A stretch of 64,000 nt of DNA from Candidatus Cloacimonadales bacterium (GCA_963662275.1 OY759316.1:2048001-2112000); one strand, 5' to 3'. Counted from the stretch's first letter, positions 31,627 to 43,655 are shown. Made by a program: numbers and translations. Notes: generated by a model not told the origin, from the sequence alone.

Positions 31627-32097
31627 ATGATAAGTTTTGAGCAAAAGAAACTAAGAGCTATTTGTGATTTGGAAAATGGCTTCAATTGCGCTCAATCAGT
31701 GTTTCGACAATTTAGCCAGGAAAACGGAGTACCTGAATCTGTCTCACTTAGGATAGCATCCGGTTTCGGGGGAGGTTTGAAAATGGCAAAAACTTGTGGT
31801 GCTGTATCAGGAGCAATTATGTCCTTAGGTCTCATTTTTGGATATGAAAATCCAGAAGACCAAAAAACCATAGATAGAATGAATGAAATTACACTTCAAT
31901 TTCTGGATGATTTCAAAAAAAAATACCAAACTACTGATTGCAAGGATTTACTTGGCATAGATGTAAGTGTTCCTGGAAACCGACAAAAAGCTCGGGAAAG
32001 TGGAATAATGGGACTTATGTGTCCAGATTGTATCAACACCGCGATAGATCTAGTTGTAAACATGATTGATAAATATAGTGATCAAGAAAGTGCATAA
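31627..32097 (+). CDS. C-GCAxxG-C-C family putative redox protein
   Basis: NCAQSV, GFGGG, TCGAVSG and two later Cys residues. Confidence 0.85.
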   Translation: MISFEQKKLRAICDLENGFNCAQSVFRQFSQENGVPESVSLRIASGFGGGLKMAKTCGAVSGAIMSLGLIFGYENPEDQKTIDRMNEITLQFLDDFKKKYQTTDCKDLLGIDVSVPGNRQKARESGIMGLMCPDCINTAIDLVVNMIDKYSDQESA

Positions 32098-32138
32098 TTT
32101 CCAGATTGTACTTATTCAAGTATGATGGAGGTCATATT

Positions 32139-33308
32139 ATGAAATTCAAAACTGGATTGAGATGTCTCATTGTGTCCTTAACCATTATACTTACGTCCTG
32201 TTCTCTTTTTCCTAAAAAGCCGATATTACTTGGTGCCATTTATAATCTACATGGCAGCTTATCTTCTCTCGATATACCTTCATCAAATGGCTTGAAACTA
32301 GCGATTGACGAAATCAATCGGGAAGGAGGAATAAATGGACGGCAAATCCAATTGTTACTCAAAGATGGATATACAAATCCTGATTCAATAAAGGCTGCCA
32401 CACAATACCTGATTGATCGGAAAGTAGTAACAATCATTGGATTTAGTGATTCTGATCAAGTTCTTTATGCAGATAAGTTAATTGTAAAATCGAATATTCC
32501 TTATATAACTTCCGGATCCACTGCTCCCATCCTGGTCAAAAATATTCCCAAAAATCTCTTTCTTGGTTGTTTTGGTGATAATGTACAGGCTGCTGCAGGA
32601 GCAGAATTTGCTAAAACCAGACTTAACAGTAAGCATGTTTTTCTAATTACTAATCAGAATATGGAATATACCCGTTATTTAGCGCAGTACTTCAAGAATA
32701 GTTGGTTAGTTCTAGGTGGATCTGTGATTGGTGATTTATGTTATCGGGGAAATGCATCTGATTCAATTACCATCATTCAATCCTTAAAACGGGAGAAAGC
32801 GAATTACGAAGTTATTTATCTTGCTGCAGGTCCACCAGATGTGGGTCATTGGATCAGGTTGATCCGAAAAGCAGGAATCACACAACCAATTATTGGGGGT
32901 GATGGTTATGATACACCTCTTTTACTTAAATATACAAATGATTATGCAGATAATATCTATTATTCAACACATGCATGGATGAGTCAAAATGGCAGCAACG
33001 TTAAGATGAAGGAATTTTACATTGCCTATCATAAGGAGTTTGGAGTAGATCCGGAAAACTCTTTTGCTGCTTTAGCGTATGATGCAGCGATGTTATTTGC
33101 CGATGCTGCAAGAAGAGCGAAGAAGATAAACCCTAAATATTTACTTCAAGCTATTGAGAAGACTTCTGATTTTACTGGAATTACTGGTAGATTGAATTAC
33201 TTGAATGGCTCACATATTCCAGTCAAAGAAGTGATGATCGTTGGTATAAAGAAACAAAAGTATGCTTTGGAAGCTGTGATCATGCCGGAATATGTTCCAA
33301 TTCCTTAA
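32139..33308 (+). CDS. ABC transporter substrate-binding lipoprotein (branched-chain amino acid/LivJ-type)
   Basis: Lipobox LTSC, EINREGGINGRQI, ALAYDA; ATG 32139 after GGAGG. Confidence 0.82.
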   Translation: MKFKTGLRCLIVSLTIILTSCSLFPKKPILLGAIYNLHGSLSSLDIPSSNGLKLAIDEINREGGINGRQIQLLLKDGYTNPDSIKAATQYLIDRKVVTIIGFSDSDQVLYADKLIVKSNIPYITSGSTAPILVKNIPKNLFLGCFGDNVQAAAGAEFAKTRLNSKHVFLITNQNMEYTRYLAQYFKNSWLVLGGSVIGDLCYRGNASDSITIIQSLKREKANYEVIYLAAGPPDVGHWIRLIRKAGITQPIIGGDGYDTPLLLKYTNDYADNIYYSTHAWMSQNGSNVKMKEFYIAYHKEFGVDPENSFAALAYDAAMLFADAARRAKKINPKYLLQAIEKTSDFTGITGRLNYLNGSHIPVKEVMIVGIKKQKYALEAVIMPEYVPIP

Positions 33309-33332
33309 CACAGATCTTGGTGAAAAGGAGTG

Positions 33333-34163
33333 CTACTTAACTGGTGAAGGGTGAGTATTATTTGATAGATATTTTACTCTTCTCATTACTTTATTAACTC
33401 TGTCATTGGATACTGGTTTCCACCAGATTCCATCTTCTTTAAAATAGGAACCAATGATAAATCCATCTGCATAATCCCAATACTGATCCAGATTCTCAGC
33501 AGTAATCCCTGACCCAATTAGAATTGGAAGGGTCGTAACATTGCGAACATTCTTGACATCTGAAATATTCGCTTCCTTCCCGGTTGCGTTGCCAGTAATG
33601 ATAACACCATCACTGAGAAAGAATTCTGCAGCCTTAGCAGTTTCTTCGATCGAAACATCAGATGTGATAGCATGAGCAGAATGCTTCTTTTTGATATCTG
33701 TAAAAATCGAAATATGTTCTGCTCCGATTTGCCTACGATATCTAAGCAGTTCTCCAGCACAAGAGTCAATATAACCTTCATCAGCTACATGACCAAAAAC
33801 AAAGCCTTCCACACGAATAAAGTTGAAACCAGCAGCCAGTGAAGCGGCCAATGCTTCATTGTTAGCCGCTGCAAGTATCTGCATACCGCATGGAATGCTT
33901 ATCTCTTGTTTGATTCTATAACCAATGACGCTCATATAAGCGATGACTTCCGGTCCTACGCTTTTATTCAGATATGGGACATCATGCATATTTTCGATCA
34001 TAATGCAATCTAACAGCATATCTTCATATAATTTAGCTTCTTGTAATACGATGTCTAATATTTCATTCATCGAAAATTTGGACTGAGGCGTTCCTGGTAG
34101 AGCAGGAACGTGGATCATGCCAATAATTGCTTTCGTATCGGGAAATTGAGATTTCCAATTCAT
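33333..34163 (-). CDS. BtpA/SgcQ family protein
   Basis: IGMIHVPALPGTP, IENMHDVPY, DIKKKHS, ITGNATG motifs. Confidence 0.88.
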   Translation of the reverse strand: MNWKSQFPDTKAIIGMIHVPALPGTPQSKFSMNEILDIVLQEAKLYEDMLLDCIMIENMHDVPYLNKSVGPEVIAYMSVIGYRIKQEISIPCGMQILAAANNEALAASLAAGFNFIRVEGFVFGHVADEGYIDSCAGELLRYRRQIGAEHISIFTDIKKKHSAHAITSDVSIEETAKAAEFFLSDGVIITGNATGKEANISDVKNVRNVTTLPILIGSGITAENLDQYWDYADGFIIGSYFKEDGIWWKPVSNDRVNKVMRRVKYLSNNTHPSPVK

Positions 34164-34320
34164 AATTCACCTCATTCAGCTTAAGAATAAAACCTATATC
34201 AATAATGTCAATTATTGTTTTTTACAAACTACAGAATAAACAGATATGATGTGAAAAAGCATTGACAATAATTTGACCGAATTTATAGCATTAATCAAAT
34301 AATACTGAAGGGGTATCAAA

Positions 34321-34671
34321 ATGAAAGACATCATTTCGGTTTGCGGTTTAAAATGCAGTGAATGCAGTTGTTATCAGGCAACATTGCAGGATGATGACAA
34401 GAAAAGAGACGAAGTTGCTGTAGAATGGTCCAAGGCTTATGGGGCAAGTCTTAAAACTGAAGATATCAATTGTGATGGCTGCAATATGGGTTCTAATCGG
34501 GTCTTTGCACATTGCAAAGAGTGTAATATGCGTTTATGTGCTATTTCTAGAAACTATGAAACGTGTGCTGAATGCACTGATTATCCGTGCACGCAATTGG
34601 ATGAATTGCATAAAATGGTACCTTCAGCTCGAGATAACCTGGATGTCTTAAGAGATATCATCTTAAAATAG
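34321..34671 (+). CDS. DUF3795-like Cys-rich protein
   Basis: CGLKCSEC, CDGC, CAECTDYPC motifs. Confidence 0.8.
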   Translation: MKDIISVCGLKCSECSCYQATLQDDDKKRDEVAVEWSKAYGASLKTEDINCDGCNMGSNRVFAHCKECNMRLCAISRNYETCAECTDYPCTQLDELHKMVPSARDNLDVLRDIILK

Positions 34672-34763
34672 AGGCAAATGATAGCATCGTCAATAGATAA
34701 AAAATGCTTTACAACATAACCTCCAATTTTAAAGGTGTATTGAATTACTGAAGGAGGCTATCA

Positions 34764-35033
34764 ATGGCATTGCAAAAAGAGGCCAAGACGGCTATCATGG
34801 CAGAGTTTAAACTCCATGAGACAGATACTGGATCTCCAGAAGTTCAAATCGCTTTATTGTCAACACGTATCAAGGAAATCACGGAACATCTGAAAGTACA
34901 TCCTAAGGATTTTTCAACCCGTCGTGGTTTATTGAAATTGATCGGACAGAGAAGAAGATTACTGAACTATCTCATGAAGAATGACATCACCAGATACCGT
35001 ACAATTATCAGCTCTCTTGGGCTGAGACGATAG
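34764..35033 (+). CDS. rpsO: 30S ribosomal protein S15
   Basis: [12 protein letters not shown] and [18 protein letters not shown] motifs. Confidence 0.98.
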   Translation: MALQKEAKTAIMAEFKLHETDTGSPEVQIALLSTRIKEITEHLKVHPKDFSTRRGLLKLIGQRRRLLNYLMKNDITRYRTIISSLGLRR

Positions 35034-35041
35034 TATAGCTC

Positions 35042-35070
35042 GGGGGGATTTATATCCCCCCTTTTTATTT
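35042..35070 (+). terminator. Intrinsic terminator after rpsO
   Basis: GGGGGGAT...ATCCCCCC followed by a T run. Confidence 0.75.
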
Positions 35071-35172
35071 AATCCACGAAACAGGCAAGGGAACATCGAG
35101 CAATACGCTAATTTCATATATCATGGAATTTGCCTATTGCTTCTGTCTCCTTTGCGATACAAGGAGATACAC

Positions 35173-37422
35173 ATGCACAATTTTCACATTATCCGTAAAT
35201 CCATGGAGTTTTGCGGTCGCACACTAACTCTCGAAACCGGTAAGATAGCCAAGCAGGCAAACGGTTCAGTACTTGTTACTTATGGTGAAACAATCGTTCT
35301 TGTTACTGCCGTTATCGGTGATTTACCCAACCAGGATACTGACTTCTTTCCATTAACCGTTGATTATATGGAGAAGATGTATGCCTCAGGTAAAGTACCC
35401 GGCGGATTTTTCAAGAGAGAAGCCAAACCAACTACTGATGCAACTCTCAATGCACGTCTCATTGACCGTACGATCCGTCCTTTGTTCCCGGAAGGCTTTC
35501 GTAATCCGGTTCATGTTGTCGTTACCATTCTATCCTATGATGAAGTGAATGATCCTGCTTATCTAGGTATGATAGGAGCTTCAGCGGCTCTATCGATTTC
35601 GGATATTCCTTTTAACGGACCAATTGCTGGTGCCACGGTCGGTTTTATTGATGATAAAATGATTGTGAATCCTTCTCTTTTAGATATGGGAAATTCCTTA
35701 CTTAATCTTTCTGTTGGTGGTTCAAAAGATTCCATTGTGATGATTGAAGGTGCTGCTTCAGAATTATCAGAAGAGCAGATGCTTGAAGCAGTCTATCTTG
35801 GTCATGAAGAAATCAGGAAGGTATGTGCTCTCCAGGAAGAATTTCTTGCAGAAGCTGGAAAACCTAAAATCGAGATCAAGCTCGATGTTATTCCAGATGA
35901 TATTAGGATGAAGATCGAAAAAGACTTTGAACAAAAAGTAATTGAAGCTTCAAATATACTTGGAAAGCAAGCCCGTAATGATGCTTTCGAACAACTGAAA
36001 GAACAATTCATCGGTAAATACACGGAAGAATTAGGTACAGAAGGATATACTGAAACTAAACACCATTATATGAATGGTTATGAAGAATTGATACGCAAAT
36101 GCGTACGCCATGCAATTCTCTTCAACAACCATCGCGTTGATGGCAGAACAATGGATGAGATTCGTGACATCACATGTGAAATAGATATTCTTCCACGCGT
36201 ACATGGTTCCGCTCTTTTCACCAGAGGCGAAACACAAGCGCTTGGAACAGTCACTCTCGGTGGTGGTTCTGATGCTCAGATTATTGATGGTCTAGCTGAA
36301 GAATATAAAAAGAACTTTTATCTTCAATACAACTTCCCACCTTATAGCGTCGGTGAAGTTGGAAGAATGGGTGCTCCAGGACGTCGTGAACTGGGACATG
36401 GTAACCTTGCTGAACGGGGACTTCAAGTTGTTATCCCCAGTATGGATGACTTTCCGTATTCCATGCGATTAGTATCGGATATCATGGAATCAAACGGTTC
36501 ATCCTCAATGGCTTCCGTCTGTGCAGGCTCATTAGCCCTAATGGCTGCAGGTGTTCCAATTAAAGCTCCAGTAGCCGGTATTGCGAATGGTCTGATCATG
36601 GAAGGTGATAAATTTGTTGTGCTGACAGATATCATGGGATTGGAAGATCATCTAGGGGATATGGATTTTAAGGTGACAGGTACACGTAAAGGGATCAGTG
36701 CCATTCAAATGGATATCAAGATCCAAGGCATTACTAAGGAAATCATGTCCATTGCCCTGGCAAAAGCATTAGTCGCCCGCAATCACATCCTCGATATTAT
36801 GAATGAAACTATTCCTGAAGTGAAGCAGGAACTATCTTCCTATGCTCCTAAAGTTGAATCCTTTAAGGTTCCAACGGACAGAATCGGGGAGATTATAGGA
36901 CCATCAGGCAAAATGATCAAATCAATTATCGAAGCAACCAAAGTTGCCATTAATATTGATGATTCAGGTACTGTTACATTGCTCTCCTCTGACCAGGCAT
37001 CACTTGACCTGGCGAGAGGAATGATCATGAATATCATCACAGATCTGGAAATGGGTCAGATATATGAAGGTGTTGTTTCCCGTATTGAACCTTTCGGGGC
37101 ATTTGTTAAGATTATGGGAAACAAGGAAGGATTAGTTCACATTTCCCAAATGCATACAGCCCGTCTTGCATCTCCTGAAGATATGGTTCATCTTGGTGAT
37201 ATCGTTAAAGTACGATTCATCGGATCAGAACGAGGTAAGATATCCTTAGCGATGAAAGATGTACCAGGTAATCCAGAACCGGATCCAAGTAAATTACAGG
37301 CACGTACACCTCGTCCTGAAGGTGAAGATAGACCTCGTGGTGACAGAGATCGCGGTGGTTATGGACGTTCTGATGATCGTCGTCCCTTTAATCGTGGTGG
37401 AAATGACAGAGGACGCAGATAA
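35173..37422 (+). CDS. pnp: Polyribonucleotide nucleotidyltransferase
   Basis: [32 protein letters not shown] and S1 domains; ATG 35173 after AAGGAG. Confidence 0.97.
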   Translation: MHNFHIIRKSMEFCGRTLTLETGKIAKQANGSVLVTYGETIVLVTAVIGDLPNQDTDFFPLTVDYMEKMYASGKVPGGFFKREAKPTTDATLNARLIDRTIRPLFPEGFRNPVHVVVTILSYDEVNDPAYLGMIGASAALSISDIPFNGPIAGATVGFIDDKMIVNPSLLDMGNSLLNLSVGGSKDSIVMIEGAASELSEEQMLEAVYLGHEEIRKVCALQEEFLAEAGKPKIEIKLDVIPDDIRMKIEKDFEQKVIEASNILGKQARNDAFEQLKEQFIGKYTEELGTEGYTETKHHYMNGYEELIRKCVRHAILFNNHRVDGRTMDEIRDITCEIDILPRVHGSALFTRGETQALGTVTLGGGSDAQIIDGLAEEYKKNFYLQYNFPPYSVGEVGRMGAPGRRELGHGNLAERGLQVVIPSMDDFPYSMRLVSDIMESNGSSSMASVCAGSLALMAAGVPIKAPVAGIANGLIMEGDKFVVLTDIMGLEDHLGDMDFKVTGTRKGISAIQMDIKIQGITKEIMSIALAKALVARNHILDIMNETIPEVKQELSSYAPKVESFKVPTDRIGEIIGPSGKMIKSIIEATKVAINIDDSGTVTLLSSDQASLDLARGMIMNIITDLEMGQIYEGVVSRIEPFGAFVKIMGNKEGLVHISQMHTARLASPEDMVHLGDIVKVRFIGSERGKISLAMKDVPGNPEPDPSKLQARTPRPEGEDRPRGDRDRGGYGRSDDRRPFNRGGNDRGRR

Positions 37423-37435
37423 TTTAGGAGAGGTC

Positions 37436-38842
37436 ATGAAATATAAGGTAGCTGATATTAATCTTGCTGACTATGGTCGCAAGGAAATCGAAATTGCAAA
37501 ACATGAAATGCCAGGGCTTATGGCTCTTGTAAAAAAATATGGCACAACCAAACCGCTGAAAGGTTCACATATCACAGGAAGCCTGCATATGACGATCCAA
37601 ACTGCTGTACTGATAGAAACTCTCGTTAATCTTGGTGCTTTTGTACGCTGGGCTAGTTGTAATATATTCTCCACACAAGACCATGCTGCTGCTGCTATCG
37701 CTGCTATGGATGTCCCGGTATTTGCCTGGAAAGGTGAAACGCTTGAGGAATATTGGTGGTGTACAAAGATGGCAATGACCTGGAACAATGCCGAAGGTCC
37801 TGATATGATCGTTGATGATGGGGGAGATGCAACTCTCCTGGTTCATGAAGGTTATAGATTGGAAGAGCTGTTTGCCTCTTCGCATAAGTTACCTGAGATA
37901 ACTACAGATAATAAGGAATTGGCAATTGTTCAGAGTATCATTATCGAAGACCTGGAAAAGGAACCGCAGAAATGGCATAAAATGGTGAAGAAGCTTCGTG
38001 GCGTCAGTGAAGAAACAACCACAGGTGTTCATCGTTTATACCAGATGCATGAAAGAAAGGAATTGCTTGTTCCGGCAATCAATGTCAACGATTCTGTGAC
38101 TAAATCCAAGTTCGATAATCTCTACGGCTGCCGTGAGTCCTTAGCTGATGGTATCAAGCGTGGAACAGATATCATGGTAGCAGGAAAAGTGGTTGTCGTT
38201 TGTGGTTATGGGGAAGTTGGCAAAGGCTGTGTTCAGTCTATGTCAGGGCTTGGTGCAAGAGTTATTGTTACTGAAATAGACCCCATCTGTGCCTTACAGG
38301 CAGCGATGGAAGGATATGAAGTTAATGTTCTTGAGGATGTGCTTGCAGAAGCAGATATCTTCGTTACTGCAACTGGTAATTGTGATGTCATTACCCTTGC
38401 TGATATGAAGAAGATGAAGAACCAGGCAATTGTCTGCAACATCGGACATTTTGATAATGAGATAGAAGTGGATGCTCTTATGGAATCACCTGGAATCAGA
38501 CGATTAAACATCAAACCGCAAGTGGATCAGTTCTTTTTCCCGGATGGTCATTCTATTATTCTGTTATCAGAAGGAAGATTGGTCAATTTAGGAAATGCAA
38601 CAGGACATCCATCATTTGTCATGAGCTGTTCCTTCACAAACCAGGTATTGGCTCAGATGGAACTTTGGCAGAAAGAATATGCACTCGGCGTTCATGTTCT
38701 TCCCAAATCTCTCGATGAAGAAGTAGCACGTTTGCACCTACCTAAACTAGGTGCAAAAATCACAAAACTAACTAAAAAACAATCGGAATATATTAATGTA
38801 TCGCAGAATGGTCCATTCAAACCGGATACATATCGATACTAA
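37436..38842 (+). CDS. ahcY: Adenosylhomocysteinase
   Basis: [36 protein letters not shown]; start placed at ATG 37436 after AGGAG. Confidence 0.97.
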   Translation: MKYKVADINLADYGRKEIEIAKHEMPGLMALVKKYGTTKPLKGSHITGSLHMTIQTAVLIETLVNLGAFVRWASCNIFSTQDHAAAAIAAMDVPVFAWKGETLEEYWWCTKMAMTWNNAEGPDMIVDDGGDATLLVHEGYRLEELFASSHKLPEITTDNKELAIVQSIIIEDLEKEPQKWHKMVKKLRGVSEETTTGVHRLYQMHERKELLVPAINVNDSVTKSKFDNLYGCRESLADGIKRGTDIMVAGKVVVVCGYGEVGKGCVQSMSGLGARVIVTEIDPICALQAAMEGYEVNVLEDVLAEADIFVTATGNCDVITLADMKKMKNQAIVCNIGHFDNEIEVDALMESPGIRRLNIKPQVDQFFFPDGHSIILLSEGRLVNLGNATGHPSFVMSCSFTNQVLAQMELWQKEYALGVHVLPKSLDEEVARLHLPKLGAKITKLTKKQSEYINVSQNGPFKPDTYRY

Positions 38843-38864
38843 ATCATAGTGGAGGAATCTGTTT

Positions 38865-40163
38865 ATGAAGCTTCTCAGCAAAATTGATAACAAAACTGCA
38901 AAAGTTGGTGTTATTGGATTAGGTTATGTAGGTCTCCCCATGGCAGTTACAGCCGCGAAAAAAGGCTTTCAAGTGCTTGGATTCGATGTCAGTGAATATG
39001 CTGTCAAACATGTGAATGCCGGTGAAAATTACATTGGTGATGTCAAAGACGAAGAGCTTAAGGAGATGGTTGATGCTGGTCGATTATCTGCAACTCACGA
39101 CTATACTCTGATCAATACAGTTGAAATCATTCTCATCGCTGTTCCAACACCTCTTGATAAGTATCATCAGCCCGATACTACGTTTATTGATGCCGTCACT
39201 CGTTCCATGACACCCCATCTGGCGAAGGAAACCCTGATCGTTCTAGAAAGTACAACTTACCCCGGAACCACACGCGAGATCATCTTACCTGAATTAGTTA
39301 AAGCTGGCTTCGTCGTTGGTGATGATATCTATTTGGCTTTTTCACCCGAACGTGTTGATCCGGGTAATGACACATATAAGACCAATAATACACCCAAGGT
39401 CGTTGGCGGAATTACCCCGAATTGCAGTAAAGTTTCAAAGAAATTCTACGAATCTATCCTGGATGCATCTGTTCTGGCAGTGTCTTCCCCTGAAGTAGCT
39501 GAAATGGAGAAAATCTATGAAAATACATTCAGGAATATCAATATTGCCCTTGCTAATGAAATGGCTGTGCTCTGTCATAGAATGGGAATCAGTATTTGGG
39601 AAGTGATTGATGCTGCCAAAACAAAACCTTACGGTTTCATGGCTTTTTATCCTGGTCCTGGTGTTGGGGGACATTGTATTCCCATCGATCCATTCTATTT
39701 GACTTGGAAAGCCAGGGAATTCAATTTTCACACAAGACTCATAGAACTAGCGGGCGAAATCAACGTAGCAATGCCCGAACATGTGGTTAATCGTGCCATG
39801 AAGATGCTTAATCGCAAGGGAATAGCCATGTCGCGTGCGAAGATATTGATCCTCGGTGCAGCTTACAAAAAGGATATTCGCGATATGCGTGAGTCACCAG
39901 TCGAAGATGTTGTTATAGAGTTGGAAAAAAGAATGTCAGACTTTGAGATCAATGATCCTTATGTGGAAGAATTCCATAATGAAAAGAATGGTAAGATGTA
40001 TAAAACAGTTGCCCTTGGAAATCTTGATAAATATGATCTATTGCTTTTGGTTACAGATCATTCTTGTTATGACTACAAGTCTCTTTTACATAGCGGTCGT
40101 TTGATCCTTGATACAAGAAATGCTTTCAAGGGTTTATCTGGAGATAATCTCGAAGTACTCTAA
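38865..40163 (+). CDS. Nucleotide-sugar (UDP-GlcNAc/ManNAc-type) dehydrogenase
   Basis: GLGYVGLP, ESTTYPGTT, FSPERVDPG, GVGGHCIP motifs. Confidence 0.9.
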   Translation: MKLLSKIDNKTAKVGVIGLGYVGLPMAVTAAKKGFQVLGFDVSEYAVKHVNAGENYIGDVKDEELKEMVDAGRLSATHDYTLINTVEIILIAVPTPLDKYHQPDTTFIDAVTRSMTPHLAKETLIVLESTTYPGTTREIILPELVKAGFVVGDDIYLAFSPERVDPGNDTYKTNNTPKVVGGITPNCSKVSKKFYESILDASVLAVSSPEVAEMEKIYENTFRNINIALANEMAVLCHRMGISIWEVIDAAKTKPYGFMAFYPGPGVGGHCIPIDPFYLTWKAREFNFHTRLIELAGEINVAMPEHVVNRAMKMLNRKGIAMSRAKILILGAAYKKDIRDMRESPVEDVVIELEKRMSDFEINDPYVEEFHNEKNGKMYKTVALGNLDKYDLLLLVTDHSCYDYKSLLHSGRLILDTRNAFKGLSGDNLEVL

Positions 40164-40175
40164 AATATATGTAAT

Positions 40176-40212
40176 GAACCGGTTTCGGGTATCCGTACCG
40201 GTTCTTTTTTTT
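40176..40212 (+). terminator. Intrinsic terminator
   Basis: GAACCGGT...ACCGGTTC followed by T8. Confidence 0.7.
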
Positions 40213-40232
40213 ATCATCTCAAAGGACTTAAT

Positions 40233-41180
40233 ATGAAAATACTTGTAACCGGTGGTGCAGGATTCATTGGCTCACACATTGTCGATCAATACATTAGTGA
40301 AGGACATGATGTTGTAGTTGTCGATAATCTAAGCACAGGAGACAAACACCAGGTCAATCCCAATGCTCAGTTTTATCAGTGTGATATTAATTCAGGTGAT
40401 TTGGATACCATTTTCTCCAATGAAAAACCACAAATCGTGAATCACCATGCTGCCCAAATCTCTGTTCCATATTCAGTGGAAAACCCGCTCATTGATGCCA
40501 CGACAAATATCATGGGAATGCTGAATTTATTGGAATGCTGTCGAAAATATCATGTGCAGAAAGTGATATTTGCTTCCAGTGGTGGTGCAATTTATGGTGA
40601 AGCTGCAGAAATACCTACTCCTGAGACATGTACTCCCAATCCTCAATCCCCATATGCCATTCATAAATTGATTGGGGAGAATTACCTGGCTTTTTACAAA
40701 AAAACATACAATATTCAATATACTGTTCTCAGATATGCGAATGTCTATGGACCGAGGCAAATACCCAGCAGTGAAGCTGGTGTAATCTCAAAATTCATCA
40801 ATCAATTACTTCGCAGGGAACAGACAACCATCTTCTACTATGAAGGTGAACCTGAAGGAATGTCGCGAGACTATGCTAATGTGAAAGACATTGTGCAGGC
40901 AAATCTATTAGCACTGAATGGTGGTGATGGTGAGATATTGAATATTGGTACCCAAATCATGACGACCACCTCTCAATTATTGAATACAATTGCTGATCTC
41001 ATGCATCTGGAAGTTAAACCTTTACGCCAGCCACCTCGTCCGGGTGATATTCGTTATAATTGTTTGAATAATGAAAAAGCCAAGCATATCCTGGGTTGGA
41101 AACCAACCTTATCCTTAAAGGATGGATTGCTGGAAACAATTGAGTATTTTACTACTCGATTTGATGAGGAGAGATCATGA
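40233..41180 (+). CDS. NAD-dependent epimerase/dehydratase (GalE-like)
   Basis: TGGAGFIG, YAIHK (YxxxK), RYANVYGPRQ motifs. Confidence 0.9.
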   Translation: MKILVTGGAGFIGSHIVDQYISEGHDVVVVDNLSTGDKHQVNPNAQFYQCDINSGDLDTIFSNEKPQIVNHHAAQISVPYSVENPLIDATTNIMGMLNLLECCRKYHVQKVIFASSGGAIYGEAAEIPTPETCTPNPQSPYAIHKLIGENYLAFYKKTYNIQYTVLRYANVYGPRQIPSSEAGVISKFINQLLRREQTTIFYYEGEPEGMSRDYANVKDIVQANLLALNGGDGEILNIGTQIMTTTSQLLNTIADLMHLEVKPLRQPPRPGDIRYNCLNNEKAKHILGWKPTLSLKDGLLETIEYFTTRFDEERS

Positions 41181-42499
41181 ACCTGGCAATAATAGGTACA
41201 GGCTATGTAGGACTTGTCACGGGTACATGTTTTGCAGAAATGGGTAATAATGTGATTTGCATCGATAATGATCCTCTGAAGATTCAAAAGCTGAAGAATG
41301 GTCAGATACCGATTTATGAACCTGGTCTTGAAGAAATGGTAAAACGCAATGCGGAAGAAGGAAGATTGTCGTTTAGCATGGATTTAGAGGCTGCAGTTCA
41401 ACAATCACTGATGCTTTTTATTGCTGTTGGAACTCCTCCTGATGAAGATGGTTCTGCTGATTTGAAATATGTTCTCCAGGTTGCACACGACATTGCTTCC
41501 TATATGGATGATTATAAGGTAATTGTAGATAAATCTACAGTACCGGTGGGGACTGCTGATAAAGTCAAGGAAACCATTAAAAAAGAACTGACAACGCGGA
41601 ATCTGAATATGGCTTTCGATGTAGTTTCCAATCCCGAATTCTTGAAAGAAGGGGATGCTATTGATGATTTTATGAAGCCTGATCGTATTATCATTGGGGT
41701 GGATAATCAGAATGTTGCAGAAATCATGAAACTACTTTATGCACCTTTCAACCTGACAAATAACAGGGTGATCCTCATGTCAATTCGATCAGCGGAACTG
41801 ACCAAATACGCAGCAAATTCTATGTTGGCAACCAAGATATCTTTCATGAATGAAGTAGCTCTTCTCTGTGAAAAAACCGGAGCAGATGTGAATGAAGTTC
41901 GTATTGGGATTGGCTCTGACACTCGTATTGGTTATAAATTCATATATCCTGGTGTTGGTTATGGAGGTAGCTGCTTTCCAAAAGATGTCAAGGCATTGAT
42001 ACAAATGTCAAAAAAACATGATCTTCCAGCTACCCTCATGTACGCTGTTGAAAAAGTAAATGAAAAACAGAAATCGATTCTAATCCATAAAGTCAAAACT
42101 CATTTTAGTGATGATCTTTCAAGCCTTACATTTGCAATTTGGGGCTTATCTTTCAAACCCCAGACAGATGACATGCGAGAAGCTTCATCATTGGTTATCA
42201 TCAAAGGATTATTAGAGGCTGGGGCGACAATTATTGCGTATGATCCAGTAGCTATGGAAGAAGCAAAAAAGAAGCTATCTGGATTACAAGGCATTACTTT
42301 TGGCAAAGATCAGTACCAGATTCTTGATGGAGCAGATGCGATGCTGTTAATCACTGAATGGCACCAATTCCGTTATCCTGATTTCAATAAAATCAAAAGT
42401 TTACTCAAACAACCTGTGATATTCGATGGAAGAAATCAATATGAACCTCACCAGTTAAGAGATTTGGGCTTTACTTATTACGGAATTGGAAGGTTGTAG
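41177..42499 (+). CDS. ugd: UDP-glucose 6-dehydrogenase
   Basis: GTGYVG, KSTVPVG, SNPEFLKEG, GYGGSCFPKD motifs. Confidence 0.92.
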   Translation: MNLAIIGTGYVGLVTGTCFAEMGNNVICIDNDPLKIQKLKNGQIPIYEPGLEEMVKRNAEEGRLSFSMDLEAAVQQSLMLFIAVGTPPDEDGSADLKYVLQVAHDIASYMDDYKVIVDKSTVPVGTADKVKETIKKELTTRNLNMAFDVVSNPEFLKEGDAIDDFMKPDRIIIGVDNQNVAEIMKLLYAPFNLTNNRVILMSIRSAELTKYAANSMLATKISFMNEVALLCEKTGADVNEVRIGIGSDTRIGYKFIYPGVGYGGSCFPKDVKALIQMSKKHDLPATLMYAVEKVNEKQKSILIHKVKTHFSDDLSSLTFAIWGLSFKPQTDDMREASSLVIIKGLLEAGATIIAYDPVAMEEAKKKLSGLQGITFGKDQYQILDGADAMLLITEWHQFRYPDFNKIKSLLKQPVIFDGRNQYEPHQLRDLGFTYYGIGRL

Positions 42500-42682
42500 C
42501 TCAGACAGCATTGTCAGTTTTAGTAAAGGTTGTCAAACCTCGAAACAACTGAAATATTCGGTTCATTGAGTGATTTCGACGAAGGAGAAATTGTATCGAA
42601 ATGAACCAATGTGATCCTATAAGGTTGTGCAATGTCGTCTCCTCGATAAAAATAGATAAATCTGTTCTCTCGGAGAACTCAA

Positions 42683-42825
42683 CTTTCATCCTCGGAAGCG
42701 AAAACCTAAGAGTTTGGAGTTCAAATGCCCTAAACAAATTATCATTGAATTCCTAACTAAAAGGGCATTCGGACTTCAAACCGATCTTTCATCCTCGGAA
42801 GCTAAAACCTATTTTCATTGAAGTT
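42683..42825. repeat. Dispersed structured repeat, copy 2, with a flanking ~26-bp direct repeat
   Basis: Homologous to 20660-20778; CTTTCATCCTCGGAAGC(G/T)AAAACCTA occurs at 42683 and 42786. Confidence 0.8.
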
Positions 42826-43113
42826 TAACACCACGTGATCATATCAGTAGTAATTCCATTTGAAACTTCAAACATCCTTGTTATTTACAATAAACGTAAT
42901 ATGGTTGGATTACTATACTATTACGGTACAAATACGGTTTTTTACCGTAATGCGATCTAGGGCGCTGCTTTGAATAGTGGGAATGAGGACAGGATTTGGA
43001 AAAGAAATAGGATAGTCATGATAAAAGATGTTGACTCGAAAGGCTGAATAATTTCTATCAAATATCTGAAAGGAATTGTATGAATTCTTTTAAATGACTT
43101 AAGAAGGGTTTTT

Positions 43114-43563
43114 ATGTTTGACAAAGATGAACACTATATGCGGATTGCCCTTGAACAGGCATCGATAGCGGTTGCTGAGGATGAAATACCGGTTGGTGCT
43201 ATCCTGGTGAAGAATGATGAAGTTGTTGCTTCGGAACATAATCGTACTAGGCAATTGCAGAATCCATTAGCTCATGCAGAGCACATTTTGCTGGATGCGA
43301 TGCAAGAGAAAGGTGAAAAGTACTTGTACGATTACACTTTGTATGTCACTGTGGAACCATGCAGTATGTGTGCCGGGATGTTGATTTGGAGCCGTATTGG
43401 CAGGATTGTTTTTGGATGTTATGATGAAAAAGCTGGTGCTGTGGGATCAATTTATCATATTCCCAGAAACAAAAACTTTAATCATCGTCCAGAAATTAGA
43501 TCAGGTGTTCTGGAAACTGAATGTCGTGAGATCATGATAGATTTTTTTCAAACCAAACGCTAA
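43114..43563 (+). CDS. tadA: tRNA adenosine(34) deaminase
   Basis: EIPVGA, HAE, EPCSMCAG motifs. Confidence 0.9.
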   Translation: MFDKDEHYMRIALEQASIAVAEDEIPVGAILVKNDEVVASEHNRTRQLQNPLAHAEHILLDAMQEKGEKYLYDYTLYVTVEPCSMCAGMLIWSRIGRIVFGCYDEKAGAVGSIYHIPRNKNFNHRPEIRSGVLETECREIMIDFFQTKR

Positions 43564-43565
43564 GC

Positions 43566-43655
43566 GGAGAGTTGCCAGAGCGGTTGAATGGGACGGTCTC
43601 GAAAACCGTTGTCCTCTTACGGGGACCCAGGGTTCGAATCCCTGACTCTCCGCCA
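43566..43655 (+). tRNA. tRNA-Ser(CGA)
   Basis: GGAGAGT/ACTCTCC acceptor stem, ACGGT-CT-CGA-AA-ACCGT anticodon arm, long variable arm, CCA. Confidence 0.97.

Noticed and set aside
37259..37435. N-terminal extension of AhcY in the ORF track
   Set aside because: Overlaps the pnp 3' end; RBS and family start fit ATG 37436.
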